From the NCBI RefSeq assembly GCF_006345805.1, contig NW_021835180.1, forward strand, positions 1-42,255: a DNA stretch of 42,255 nt. Reading direction: 5' to 3'. The notes beneath the pieces are model-generated. The model was not told where the DNA came from. It saw only the letters and a list, made by a program, of their open reading frames with translations, and made no database searches. Of this stretch, positions 9,585 through 22,000 are shown one piece after another (position 1 is the first letter of the stretch; each line of letters starts with the position of its first letter). This stretch comes from Octopus sinensis (taxonomy: Eukaryota). The translations under genes were made by a program, and so were the position numbers.

Positions 9585-10029
9585 CAGAGAGAGAGAGAGA
9601 GAGAGTCTGTGTGTGAGAGAGTGAGAGAGAAAGAGAGATTTACAGAAAAGCATACACAAATAAATAGCGTGTGACGTTTGTATGAATGCGTGATACTTCT
9701 CATGTATGTGTATATGTGTGTAAATATATATATACATGTGTGTGTGTGTGTGTAAACATATAAGCGTGTGTGTGTGCGTGCGTGACAGAATGTATATTAT
9801 TTGCTGCTTTTGAAGCAAATACAAAATATTTATGATTGTTCAGTCAAGTGCAACAGAAGAATGAGCTAAGAAACAACATTAAGCACACCAAGTGGACGTT
9901 TCAATTTCAACAGTTAATTAGAAAATTCTCCACTTAATACATTTAGCAGATCCTCATTATGGAGAGTCATTATCGCTTGATTACTGTGAGCATTGATCCA
10001 GCTCTGGCAGATGTCAATCAAACACTCAC

Positions 10030-10063
10030 ATGCGTTGCTAACATTACCACAGCCACCCAATAT
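10030..10063 (-). CDS. Candidate 34-nt microexon
   Basis: Acceptor catattttAG, donor CAT|GTGAGT, reads ILGGCGNVSNA or YWVAVVMLATH. Confidence 0.3.
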
Positions 10064-10419
10064 CTAAAATATGATATTTATTATATTCATTGAAAATTTA
10101 CCAGACAAAATAGGTTTATGTTTGGAGATTAGATGGTTGTCTGAAAGCCGGAAACATGACGGATTGATCGTAGTCACAGCACTTGCTAGAAATAGTAGTC
10201 GAACGTTCTTCAAACAGTCTTCAAATAACGCCCTACCTGTATTGAATGACAAAACAACAACACTTTTGAATAATGTGGTCCTATATATATGTGTGTGTGT
10301 GTGTGTATGAATATATAGATATACATACATACATGTGTATATGAATATATATATATAAATATATGCATACATGTATGTATGTATGCGGGTAAGTATATAT
10401 ATATATATATTATATATAT

Positions 10420-10706
10420 GAGCTCGAATCCCGGACCGGGCTGCGTGTTGTGTTCTTGAGCAAGGCACTTTATTTCACGTTGCTCCAGTTCACTCAGCTG
10501 TAGAAATGAGTTGCGACGTCACTGGTGCGAAGCTGTATCGACCTTTGCCTTTCCCTTGGGTAACACTGGTGGCGTGGAGAGGGGAGGCTGGTATGCATGG
10601 GCGACTGCTGGACTTCCATAAACAACCTTGCCCGGACTTGTGTCTAGGAGGGTAACTTTCTAGGTGCAATCCCATGGTCATTCATGACCGAAGGGGGTCT
10701 TTACCC
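10420..10706 (+). mobile_element. SINE family C
   Basis: ttgagcaaggcactttatttcacgttgctccagttcactcagctgtagaaatgag...catgaccgaaggggg, aligns with 31790-32104 and 32688-32990. Confidence 0.9.
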
Positions 10707-10744
10707 TTTTTTATATATATATTCTATTATTCTTTTGTTCGTTT

Positions 10745-11180
10745 ATTTGCTTCAGTCATTTGACTGTGGCCATGATGGAGCACCGCCTTTAGTCGAATAA
10801 ATCGACATCAGGACTTATTCTTTGTAACCCTGTTACTTATTCTATCGGTCTATTTTGCCGAACCGCTAAGTTACGGGGACGTAAACACACCGACATTGGT
10901 TGTGAAGCGATGGTGGGAAACAAACATAGACACACAAGCACATACAGCACATACATACATACATACATACATACATACATACATACATACGTACATAAGT
11001 ACGTATGTATGTATGTATATACGACGAGCTTCTTTTAGTTTCCGTCTACCAAAACCACTCACCAGGCTTTGGTCGACCCGGGGCTATAATAGAAAACATT
11101 TTACCGAAGATGCCACGCAGTGTGACTAACCCGGAACCATGTGGTTGGTAAGCAAGCTACTTATCACACCCATTCATGCG
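10745..11180 (-). mobile_element. SINE family B, full length with internal (TACA)n
   Basis: Tail, microsatellite and head in the expected order. Confidence 0.9.
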
Positions 11181-11199
11181 CCTATATATATAGCTGAAA

Positions 11200-11340
11200 C
11201 TTATAGAAAGATAAATGACGAAGACAGGTGTATGAAGAAGCAGGTGTATTTTTTTGACGCTCGGGAAAATGAAAATATATATTACGTTTCGGACCTACGC
11301 TATTCAAGAAAAAATGAATAAGAGAAATTTTACAGAGAGA
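11200..11340 (-). mobile_element. Family P2 copy, decayed
   Basis: gacgaagacaggtg...acgctcgggaa...ttacgtttcggacctacgctattcaag. Confidence 0.65.
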
Positions 11341-11390
11341 GAATGAAAGAAAAAAAACTTATAGATTTAGCTGTCAGGTATACACACACA

Positions 11391-11489
<99 letters not shown>

Positions 11490-11540
11490 CACACACACAC
11501 ACATATATATATATATAGAGAGAGATAGATAGATATATAA

Positions 11541-11672
11541 GCGACAGGCTTCTTTCAGTTTCCATCTATCAAATCCACTCATAAGGCTTTGGTAAGTCCG
11601 AGATTATTGTAGGAGACAGTGCCCAAGGTGCCACGCAGTGGGACCGAACCCCGAACCACGTGGTTGGGAATC
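11541..11672 (-). mobile_element. SINE family B head
   Basis: Matches family B. Confidence 0.85.
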
Positions 11673-11957
11673 AAGCATATATACATACATACATACAATC
11701 ATACACACACATACACACATACATCGGAGTCTCAAATATGAGCCTCTCAGAACTTAACTATGAGTCCACTGCGTCTTACAGAGGAAACAGCTGTAAGCTC
11801 ACGAAGTTCATAACATAATATTTATTCTTTTATCGCCTCATTTTCTCTCCCTTCCCTCTCTCTCCCCTCTGCCTATCTCTCTCCCTCTCTTTCTCTCTCT
11901 CTCTCACACACACACATACACACGCATGGCTTAATGGCCAAGGGTATTGAGAAGGCG

Positions 11958-12270
11958 AATAATAGCTTAGTGGTTAGGGTATTCGGCTCATGATCGTAAG
12001 GTCATGAGTTCAATTCTCGGCGATGTGTTTGGTCTTTCTGCGACGCACTTGATTTGTCGTTGGCCCAGTCCACTCAGCTGGCAAAAATAAGTTGTATCTG
12101 CAATACAAAGGGCCAGCTTTTTCACAACTTGTGTCACGCTAAATCTTGCAAAATCATTAAGGGTACGTGTGTCTGTGGAGCGCTCAACCACTTGCACGTT
12201 AATTTCACGAGCAGGCTCTTCCGCTGGTCGAATCAACTGTAACAGTCATCGTCGTAATCGACGGAAAGCC
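11958..12270 (+). mobile_element. tRNA-derived SINE with the 3' domain shared with 14669-15057 (probably the cephalopod Ceph domain)
   Basis: Head tagcttagtggttagggtattcgg...gagttcaattc, 3' block taagggtacgtgtgtctgtggagcgctc...cacgttaatttcacgagcaggct...tcgtcgtaatcgacgga. Confidence 0.8.
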
Positions 12271-13044
12271 AGGCCACTTAAACCACTTAAGAATTTACAT
12301 TTGACACCATAGCACATAGCAAATACCCTGTCATGAACAGGGAAGAATTGAGGCAAAACAGCTTCAACAATAGGTAATATGAAATAGACTCTAGTCTCGT
12401 TTTTGACTTGAAGCCATAATTCATTGTTTAATAATTCCTAATTACTGATTAATAATTGATAATTAGTCATTCATAATTAATAATGTTCTTGAAACCAACA
12501 CCTCTGAAAGTTTTAATTTCCTACTTCCTTTCCGAAAAGTCTGTTACATGACAATAATGGTATAACGCCTTCCAGTATAATTCTATTCTCATCAAGAATG
12601 TATAATAAGGATATAAGCAAACTCCAGTACTTGAGCGGAACTTTATTTTCTCGACCGCGGAAGAATAAATTTAATGTTAAAGTCGGCGTGGTTCGAAGTC
12701 AGAACGTTCCAGATCGCGACTATTTTGTTCACCGCTCTGCTGATATTAACAATTTGTCTCGTTATGTAGTAGATCCAATTTTCGGTTATGTCAATCTGTT
12801 CCTTTATGTTATAGATATAAATTTCGATTGCATGTTTATGAAAATATATGTATGTATGCATACAATTATATATGTGCACACTACTCGTATATGTATGTAT
12901 ACATGCATGTATGTATGTATGCATGTATGTATGTATTTATATATGCATGTGTTCATGTGTGTATGTATTTATGCGTGTATGCGTGTATATATGTATGTAT
13001 GCATGTATATGTATATTTATAAATATGTGTACGTATATACTCTT

Positions 13045-13440
13045 TACTCTCTTACTTGCTTCAGTCATTTGACTGCGGCCATGCTGGAACACCGCCTTTA
13101 GTCCAGCAAATCGACCCCAGGACTTATTCTTTGGATGCCTAATACTTATTCTATCAGTCTCTTTTGCCGAACCGCTAAGTTACAGGGACGCAAACACACC
13201 ACCATCGGTTGTCAAGCGATGTTTAGAGTCAAACAAAGACACACAAACATATATATATACACACACACACACACACATATGCACATATATACGGCGGGCT
13301 CCTTTCAGTTTCCGTCTATCAAATCCATTCACAAGGCTTTGGTCGGCCCGAGGCTATACTACAAGACACTTGCTCATGGTGCTACACAATGGGAATGAAC
13401 CCGGAACCATGTGGTTGGTACCACACAGCCACTCCTACAC
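13045..13440 (-). mobile_element. SINE family B, full length
   Basis: Matches family B. Confidence 0.9.
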
Positions 13441-13470
13441 CTATATATATACATTATGATAATAATAACA

Positions 13471-13743
13471 ATAATCCTTGGATGGAACTTATGAACATTT
13501 AAACAGAGGGTTGTTTATCCCTTTATACTTGTATAAAAGGATAAACATCCCCCACGTGTACATCCACAACTGTTATGTCGCCTGAAGAAATGAATCCATG
13601 AAGATGATCAACCCGATGCCCACGGATACTACGGACTGCACTGTAATCATATCAGGAATACGGACTATGAGCATTAAAGAAGTGGTTTGTGGGAACGCAA
13701 GTAGCCATGCAATAAATGTGTATAAATTCCATCCAAGGACTAT
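13471..13743. repeat. ~273-bp unit with 31-bp terminal inverted repeats and an internal hairpin
   Basis: 13471-13501 versus the reverse complement of 13713-13743 are 27/31 identical. Internal 16-bp stem (1 mismatch) at 13513-13546. Confidence 0.8.
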
Positions 13744-13744
13744 G

Positions 13745-13812
<68 letters not shown>

Positions 13813-13855
13813 TAATATTATCGTTATAAGATATATATACATACATACATACTAC

Positions 13856-13910
<55 letters not shown>

Positions 13911-13916
<6 letters not shown>

Positions 13917-14080
13917 AGAATTCACACAAAAAGACAAAGGACGAAGACTGGTGGCTTAGACAACAAACAGATATTAGTATAACGCTCGGGAAGTGAAAAA
14001 GTCTTTAACGTTTCGAGCCTACGCTCTTCCACAGAAAATAACACAGAAAGAAACACGGAGAGAAAATAAAGAATGAATAA
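13911..14080 (-). mobile_element. Family P2 copy with the best-preserved hammerhead-like fold (14003-14038)
   Basis: Minus strand reads TTTT CTGTGGA A GAGC GTAG GCTC GAAAC GTT AAAG. Confidence 0.75.
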
Positions 14081-14240
14081 ATGTTATAGATTAATCAAAA
14101 GCGCTCACACAATAGACAAAATCTTCTTCCCCCAAAAGTTTAGTAACATCCTCATAAAATATTTCATAACATCTTTTAAAAACAGTAATAAAAAACAAAA
14201 TAATATTTAAACTTCAAAAAGTCCTCATAGACTTTCATAT

Positions 14241-14280
<40 letters not shown>

Positions 14281-14668
14281 TATATATATGCGCGTAAATG
14301 TCGAACACTGAAAATGAGTGCTCAACACCGCATTGGTGGTACCTGTTAAGACGCAGGCACCCGGCAACACAACTTATACTGGAGAAGGTGCTACCGACGT
14401 AGCAACATGCACAAGCTTACACGTCAACGATATACCAATGTAAAAGGAATGATTTTGCAATGATGAAAATATGATGTTATAATTTTTTTTTAAATTTGTG
14501 AATTTAATGTCTCGAAAAACGAAATATATTTTAGCCATTATTTATACAACACCAATAATATAAGCAACAATCATTGTGAAACCTTAGATGAGCAATAAGT
14601 ACCAAAGTGATTTTCCAAAACATAGAAATACTAAGCTCATTTCATTGGGCACTCTATGAGAAGAAAAG

Positions 14669-15057
14669 TGGAGGCGCAATGGCCCATTGGTTAGGGCAGC
14701 GGACTCGCGGTCATAGGATCGCGGTTTCGATTCCCAGACCGGGCGTTGTGAGTGTTTATTGAGCGAAAACACCTAAAAGTTCCACGAGGCTCCGGTAGGG
14801 GATGGTGGTGATCCCTGCTGTACTCTTTCACCACAGCTTTCTCTCACTCTTACTTCCTGTTTCTGTTGTACCTGTATTTCAAGGGGCCGGCCTTGTCACT
14901 CTCTGTGTCACGCTGAATATCCCCGAGAACTACGTTACTTAAGGGTGCACGTGTCTGTGGCGTGCTCAGTCACTTACACGTTAATTTCCCGAGCAGGCTG
15001 TTCCGTTGATTCGGATCAACCGGAACCCTCATCGTCGTTACCGACGGAGTGCTTCCA
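14669..15057 (+). mobile_element. Young tRNA-derived SINE (family E) with Ceph-type 3' domain
   Basis: tRNA-like head ggcgcaatggcccattggttagggcagcggactcgcgg...gtttcgattccc followed by about 300 bp of non-tRNA body. Confidence 0.85.
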
Positions 15058-15499
15058 TTATGAGAAGAAAATAGCATTGAACGTTTGGTGTTACCAGAGA
15101 AAGTGAAAGTAGCGCTCCTCCACTTGAGACACTCTCTTTCTCATGGACCTTACAACTCGTCTTCCACATTAAGACATTCTTGTCTTCCACATTAATACAT
15201 TCGCCTGACCATACAGTCATGCCTGCATATATAAATATACACACATATACATGCAACATGGCACCGTGAACATCATACGAAGAGGGGTAAAAGACCATCT
15301 AAAATATCTTTTCGGATGTTTCTTTATAGAATGATGCCAACTCCGCCAGCCTAAATCGGTAACTGGTTTATTTCTTCAGTTATAAATAAGAGAAACACCT
15401 TTTGTTCTGAAGAGTTATTCAAACTGGGTTGCAAAAATTATCTTACAACACGTGGTACCATCATGACTGAAATTGATAATAACAAAAGCAATACAGGCA

Positions 15500-15547
<48 letters not shown>

Positions 15548-16300
15548 CATAATACGTACATTCATACAAGCATACATACATACATGCATTCATACATACA
15601 TATATACATACATGGCGACAGACATACAGACATAAACATAGACAGACAGATGGATTCACACACAAACGCATATATAAAAATACACACACATATATGCATA
15701 TATATATGTATTGGTGTGTGTTGTATTGTGTGTGTGTGTGTGTGTGTGTTGTGGGTGTGTGTGTATGTCTTCTCATTGCTTCTCACGCCTCGACTTTGTC
15801 TTTCTTTCTTCATCTCACTTCCCCTCCACCAGTCCTATTCCGCTTGGTGTGAATGACTCCACATCTGCAGTTAGATGATGTGGATAGATGTTATGATGAG
15901 GGCCTGCAAGCAACGACTGGATTGTGTACGTCAATACTTCAGCTTTGAAGCAGCAAATTGGAAGAATGTTACATCACGTGTTTAAGTATATATGCATGTA
16001 TGTATGTATGTATGTATGTATGTATGTATGTATGTATGTATGTATGTATTTATGTATGTATGCATGATTGCATGTATGGATGCTTATATGTATGTATGCA
16101 TATATGTGTGCATGCTGTGTATGTACGCATGCATATATGTGTGTATGTATGCATGCAATGTATGTATGAATGCAAGTATGTATATATATACATATGTATG
16201 CATGCATACATGTATGTATGGAAGTATGAATGTATGCATATATGCCGACCAAAGCCTATTGAGTGAATTTATTAGACGAAAAATGTAAAAAAGCCCGTCG

Positions 16301-16336
<36 letters not shown>

Positions 16337-16774
16337 GTTTCTTAGCAGCTTCACGATGTTCACGCCATCAAAAGGGAACAATATTATCGTTTAAAGGCGT
16401 GAAAATGTAAGGATCTTTTGGACGATAACTGACGAGGAATAAGCAACGTTCGTCCTTGTGTGTGAATTTTGCATTTGTTCCTTTGTTGTGTTTCTGTTCA
16501 AATTTTGGAACTTCTTAATTATAACGCTACGCACATCTATTTTCACCTGTTCAGTTGAATACTTTCTGCGTGATGTCTTTTCCTCTCTCTCTCTCTCTCT
16601 TTCTCTCTCCTTCTGTCTCTCACCGACTTACCTCTCTATTGTTTTCTGTCTGTCTGCTCCCACTCCTTTTAGTCAACAACGGCGTAGTGTACGCCTCGTT
16701 CGAAACTTACAAATTATCTCTCGTACTTGCTAAAACAAATATAAATGTATTTAACCACTGATTAATCTTGTATT

Positions 16775-16968
16775 TTTTTATTTCTTTCAGTCATTGGACC
16801 ATGGCCATGCTGGGGCACCGCCTTGAAAAGTTTAGTTGAAAAAAACCGAGTCCAGTACTCTTTCACAAGTCTCTTTTGCCAGGATAAATTACGAAGAAGG
16901 AAATAAACCAGCATCGGTTACCAAGCGGTGTTCGCGAGACAAACGGAAACAGGAGGAAAATCATAGAT

Positions 16969-17006
<38 letters not shown>

Positions 17007-17235
17007 CAATTCTTTCTCTCTCTCTCTCACACACACACAAATATATACATACTCTCTCTCTCTCACACACACACACATATACACACATACACAATGAGCT
17101 TCGTTCAGTTTTCGGTCTAACAAATTCACTCACAAGGTATTTGCAGAACATATGCGTCCAGATTGCTACGCAGTGGGACTGAACCTGAAACCACATGGTT
17201 ATAAATTGAGCATCTTAACCACACAGCCATGCCTG
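16775..17235 (-). mobile_element. SINE family B, diverged
   Basis: Tail, CA/CT microsatellite and head. Confidence 0.8.
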
Positions 17236-18154
17236 AAATGATATATTTTGCCTCATTGTATATTTATTTCTGTTTAGCTATTTCGTGTTCCGTGCATTAA
17301 ATACATTATCAACTAGCTTAAATGTCACACCAACGACAACGGTATTATTCGAAACCTTGACACTTCAGCCTAGAAACCGACATTCTATTGACATGGTCAG
17401 GTGTAACTCATTCACCGAATGAGTTATTTCCTTCCACTCACATATATGTTTTACAGGGTACTAAGCTGTTTAATATTCAACAAAGTCTATTGCCTGTCAA
17501 CGTTAATAAGTCTAATAGATATGGCGGATCCTAACCTTAAAGCTAAACCGATCGGCTCTATTTATTATTCAATGTGAATATGAAACGGAAGTCGAACTCC
17601 TTGCAACAGCACAGCAAGTAGTAGTAGTAGTAGTAGTAGTAGTAATGGTGGTGGTGTTGGTGTTGGTGTTGGTTGTGATGATGGCGGTGATGGTAGTGAA
17701 GCACCTTCTTCGCCCGCCAGTCAGCCATGAACGAGCTGACATAAGTTATTGTAGGTGTTGGATTGTGATTAACCGACATCGTCATGAAAATGGCTGCGGA
17801 TGCGTCGGTGAAAGTCTCGTGCGAAATTGTGATCGTCGTTGGAGGTGGCTATGGTGGTCTTCGAGGATTTTGTTGTTGTTCTTATCTATTTATATCTGCA
17901 TTTTATTTTATGTTTTTTTTTTATTTTTACTCTTCTTGTATTGTTGTTGTCTGTCTTCGTTTATCGATATAATGTCAGTTTTAAGTAAGATAATTTATTC
18001 AGCACCATGCAGGCATCAAATCTTTTACTGGCTTATTAGGTGGAATAACACTCGGTAAGACAGTCTCTCTTTCTCTATGTGCCTACGTGTGAACGTGTGT
18101 GTGTATGCATGAGTGTGTGTATGTGTGAGTGTGTATATGTGTATGTGTATACAC

Positions 18155-18197
<43 letters not shown>

Positions 18198-18203
18198 TAT
18201 ACA

Positions 18204-18271
<68 letters not shown>

Positions 18272-18604
18272 GTGTGTGTGTGTGTGTATGTACATACACA
18301 CACTCACATAGCTAGACAGATAATGTTTATTTATGTATACCTATGTATGTATGTTAGTGTGTGTATGTGCGTGCGCATGAGTGTGTGTATATGTAGGCGC
18401 AGGTAAGTAGTTTACTTGCCAACGACTTGGTTCAGGGTTCAATACCACTGTGTGGCACCTTGGGCAAATATGCTACAACCCCGGACAGTCAAATACATAT
18501 AGAAGTGCATACATATATGCATGCATACATACATACATACATACATAAATACATACATACATACATACATACATACATACATACATACATACATGCAAAA
18601 TTAC

Positions 18605-19300
18605 CCTGTTGTTGAAGTTGAAATTCCAGTGAAGGTTAGAAACCGGTTCTTTTTCTATTGGCTAGGACATACGTAGCCAAGACAAGGTATAATGAGATCC
18701 GTCGGAATGATAATCCTGAGGCGAAAGAAATAAGAATCCACAAGATGGTAGAGGCCATAGCACTCATAATAAAAAGCAGTACTGGTGGAATGTCTCAGTG
18801 AAAACCTCAATAAAATGTGAACACAACAGACATACAGCTAATGATCAGCGAAAAAGAAAATACCTACGCTGAACTATTGAGAAATCTTCAGTTCCTCTGA
18901 CGAGATTACAAGTTCAGGTTTATACCTGTAATTATTAGGGAAGTGGAATATGTAACACACTGCTTAAGTACCAATTTTCAGAAATTTGGCTTCTGAAAGC
19001 CAGAAAGGAGAAAGTTGATTTGAAGACTACAGATTCAAGCAATCACTGAAACAAAAAAATTGTAAAACTTTCCAGACGTTTATCATTTAAGTATATATGA
19101 GCAAGTCTAGATATGCAGCTATATGCATCGGGATATATGCATAAAAGAAAACATACAAATTTGCACATGCACTGACTCCAAAGCTACACGTATACACACA
19201 TAAATGCAAAAAAATGATGTTGAAATTCTAATAAAGGAACCTTGGATCTAGGTTAGAAACAGGCTGTCTTTCTACTGGCAAGAAATCTTGAAAGAAAGCC
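18605..19300 (+). mobile_element. Decayed 3' end of an RLE-endonuclease (R4/Dong/NeSL-like) LINE
   Basis: About 18770-19090 translates YWWNVSVKTSIKCEHNR / ISEKENTYAELLRNLQFL*RDYKFRFIPVII..V.YVTHCL.TNFQKFGF*KPERRKLI*RLQIQAIT. The 3' UTR-like motif gttgaaatt...ggttagaaac.gg.t.t.tttcta.tggc occurs at both about 18615 and 19220. Confidence 0.75.
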
Positions 19301-19429
19301 GAATAATGACATACATACATACATGCATATATATAACTTTAACACAGCTGATTTTGGCAGCAAACCATAAACAAGCGATGAAGGAAGATACCTTCATTAG
19401 AAACATTCCCGATAGGTGGTTATTTAATC

Positions 19430-19665
19430 TGAGCTGAACCCGTTGTACGTTGAAGGAACCCGACCTCTGTAATCAAGATCGAAAGTGATTGTCCCCAAGG
19501 CAGCTGACACGTAGCAAGGGCTGGCACTGTCGAAAGTCTTCGATTGATCTAAATTCATCAAAGACAGACCGAAGCCAAGTTTATTACCGACTATCTCTGT
19601 GATGTATCGTATGAGTTGATGGTTGTGCATGATAAATGTACAGGGAATCGTACAGGTGTATGCAG
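19430..19665 (-). mobile_element. Decayed Tx1/L1-clade reverse transcriptase fragment
   Basis: YTCTIPCTFIMHNHQLIRYITEIVGNKLGFGLSLMNLDQSKTFDSASPCYV resembles QTCAVPGRTIHDNLHL.RY..E......G..ALINLDQSKAFDRV (RT motif with DxxKAFD). Confidence 0.75.
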
Positions 19666-20128
19666 GACAGACAAGGTTATAGACAACAAGTGCCAATCCC
19701 TTCACGACTACATTGACCAAAATATTACTCTGCAACCATAAATATTTAATTATTTACAATGTTATACTTGTTCTACTTATACGTCCCCTTTATCTACAAA
19801 AGCTCGGCTAGCACAAATTATCCTCTCTTGCTTAAAGTTCCTCAGGCAAGGAGGTGCTCTCGTTTGTAACACACTCCTTCCACGCATTTTCATTTCCTTG
19901 AAAAGTGACTCATATTGTGAACCATTTTCTCCCTTGCAACACTTGCCAACTATGATTTGCTGTTGTGGTCGTTGCTGGCTGCTTTTTTTAACATTTAGGC
20001 TTGGACTATCTTTTTTCTTCTATGTTTTTCCCATTGCAACTAAATACATGTATCTATAATTATATCTGCTTCTTTAAAAGATATTTGTTTCGTTTTAGTC
20101 TTTCTTTAAATTCGTCTTGTGTTTTCAG

Positions 20129-20255
20129 AAGTATGCGAACTACAGCAGCTGGGACTAGCATCTGTTCCCGTTACCTCAGTGGTGGACACATTTTAGCAGT
20201 AATAAACAAAGTGAATTGGATGTTTGCAGAAAAAATATGTACACAAGGAAAATAA
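20129..20255 (+). CDS. Candidate exon with C-type-lectin-like motifs
   Basis: Strong acceptor cttgtgttttCAG. The single open frame reads SMRTTAAGTSICSRYLSGGHILAVINK|VNWMFAEKICTQGK*, containing C..GGH.LAVI and W-x2-A-x3-C. Possible donor AAA|GTGAAT at 20210. Confidence 0.35.
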
Positions 20256-21764
20256 CTTAGGAAGGACCATTATTTCCACTCAGATAATGGGGGTAGGCCT
20301 TCAGATATTCCGAAGAACGTTGTTGCTGAAAATGATAAAGATAACAAGTCCTTTTTTTTTTATTAAAAAAAAAAGCTGAAAACAAAACTAAAGAGCAATA
20401 ATAGCGATAATATTAACAAAAAACTTGACAGTGATGATGATGGCGATGATGATGATGATGATGATGCTGCTGCTGCTGCTGATGATGATGTCGATGATAA
20501 TCGTTGCATTCCTTTATATTCTGAGTTCCAGTCCTGCCGAAGTCAACTTTGCCTTTCTTCATTCTGTTGTAGACGAAGTCCCAAACAAATATTCGGGTTG
20601 ATATGTTCAACAGCATATTCAAAGAAAACACATAACGTTTGAAAATCGTTATAAGCAGCAGTATTACGAGCCGAATGCGTGGCCTTTGACGTGGTTTTCA
20701 TCGCGTCTGCATCCTTGTCAAAGACGCCAATCTATTTTCTCTGTCCCTTTCACACTTTGCTTTAACAGTAGTTAAAGTTTCGTGGGCAAGGGGAGTAAAA
20801 ACAGAGCTTAATTTCCTCCCTTCTTTTTTTCTTTCCTTTCTTTTTCCTTATGCCAAAATAGCTAAAAGACTTTGCAAATAAGAGATGTCAACCACCCGAA
20901 CCGACTGGCGAATGCAAGACAGGAGGGCAGAAAAAAAATAATAATATAAATAAATAAATAAAATTCTATAAAGAGAAAAGAATTAACCAACAGAACAACA
21001 GCAAAATCCAAAACAAAATAGTTATTAAAAAACAAACCGATCCCTTGGAAAAAAAATGTCACTGTGAAACGCCAAAGAAATGTTAGAGTTTAAGAAGTGA
21101 ATTCGGGTTAACATTTGGATAATATGCAAGAAACTAATTAATGTTACTGTTAAAGGGAACCAGATGTTTTTACTAAACAGATTTTTCGCAGAAATCCTTC
21201 TCAATTTCTTCATCGCTGGCATATTCTTTATTTTTGATTTTATTATTAGTTTTTTTTGTGTGTATATGTGTGTGTTCTACATTACCTACCGCCGTTACCC
21301 TTCTCGTCCTGCGTGTATGCGTATGTATATACTTATGCGTGCGTGTGCGTGTGTGCGTGTGTGTGTACGAGATGTAGGACACAGGCATGGCCGAGTATTT
21401 AAAATGCTCGCTTTTGAAGTCGTAGTTTCGATCCTACTGCGCGACAACTCGGATAAGTGTCTTCAGCTGTGGGCCCGTGTCGATCAGTGCTTTGTGAATG
21501 CGAATGAAATCTGATAGATGTAAACTATAAGGAAGTTCGCCGGATGGCCGATGGTTCTAACTGAAAGGACGCAGTTTGTTCCATTGATTATGATTGAAAA
21601 TTACGTTAAAAAGACGAGTGACACTGGAATACTCAGCCATGTCAACGTACATTGTAATACATGTATATTCTACCCTTAAATCCAAAAGGACATCTAAATC
21701 CCACTCACTTTTATGTTAATTCTCTCTGACAGCGTCATGTTAAGGGTACATGTTACATGGAACA

Positions 21765-22000
21765 TTTAAGCTATAATGGTTTCAAATTTTGGCGCAAGGC
21801 CAGCAATTTCGGGTGAAGGAGTAAGTCTATTGCATCGACCCCTATACTCAACTGGTAGTTATTTTATCGACCTCAAAATGATAGAAGGCAAAGTCAACCT
21901 CGGTCTGAATTTGAACTCAGGACGTAAAGAGGGACAAAATGCCGCTAAAAATTTTTGCCAGCGTGCTAACGATCCGGCCAGCTCGCTGCCTTACATTTAC
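21765..22000 (-). mobile_element. SINE family A
   Basis: gaaggcaaagtcaacctcgg...atttgaactcag...gccagctcgctgcct. Confidence 0.85.

Noticed and set aside
14340-14450. Frame reading PGNTTYTGEGATDVATC, like a SCUBE/ephrin-receptor-like Cys repeat
   Set aside because: The upstream cysteines are missing and there are no credible splice sites around it.
14672-14745. tRNA-like sequences (also about 3205, 11960, 31792 and 32690) as tRNA genes
   Set aside because: Acceptor stems are incomplete and each continues directly into a multi-copy SINE body.
16640-16720. ggcgt-agtgt-acgcc stem followed by cgaaac as a third hammerhead
   Set aside because: No CUGANGA-like core and no stem I/III geometry.
20862-20957. 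CQPPEPTGECK resembling a Kunitz N-terminus (C-x8-C)
   Set aside because: The frame runs into A-rich low complexity and a stop, with no donor site and no further Kunitz residues.
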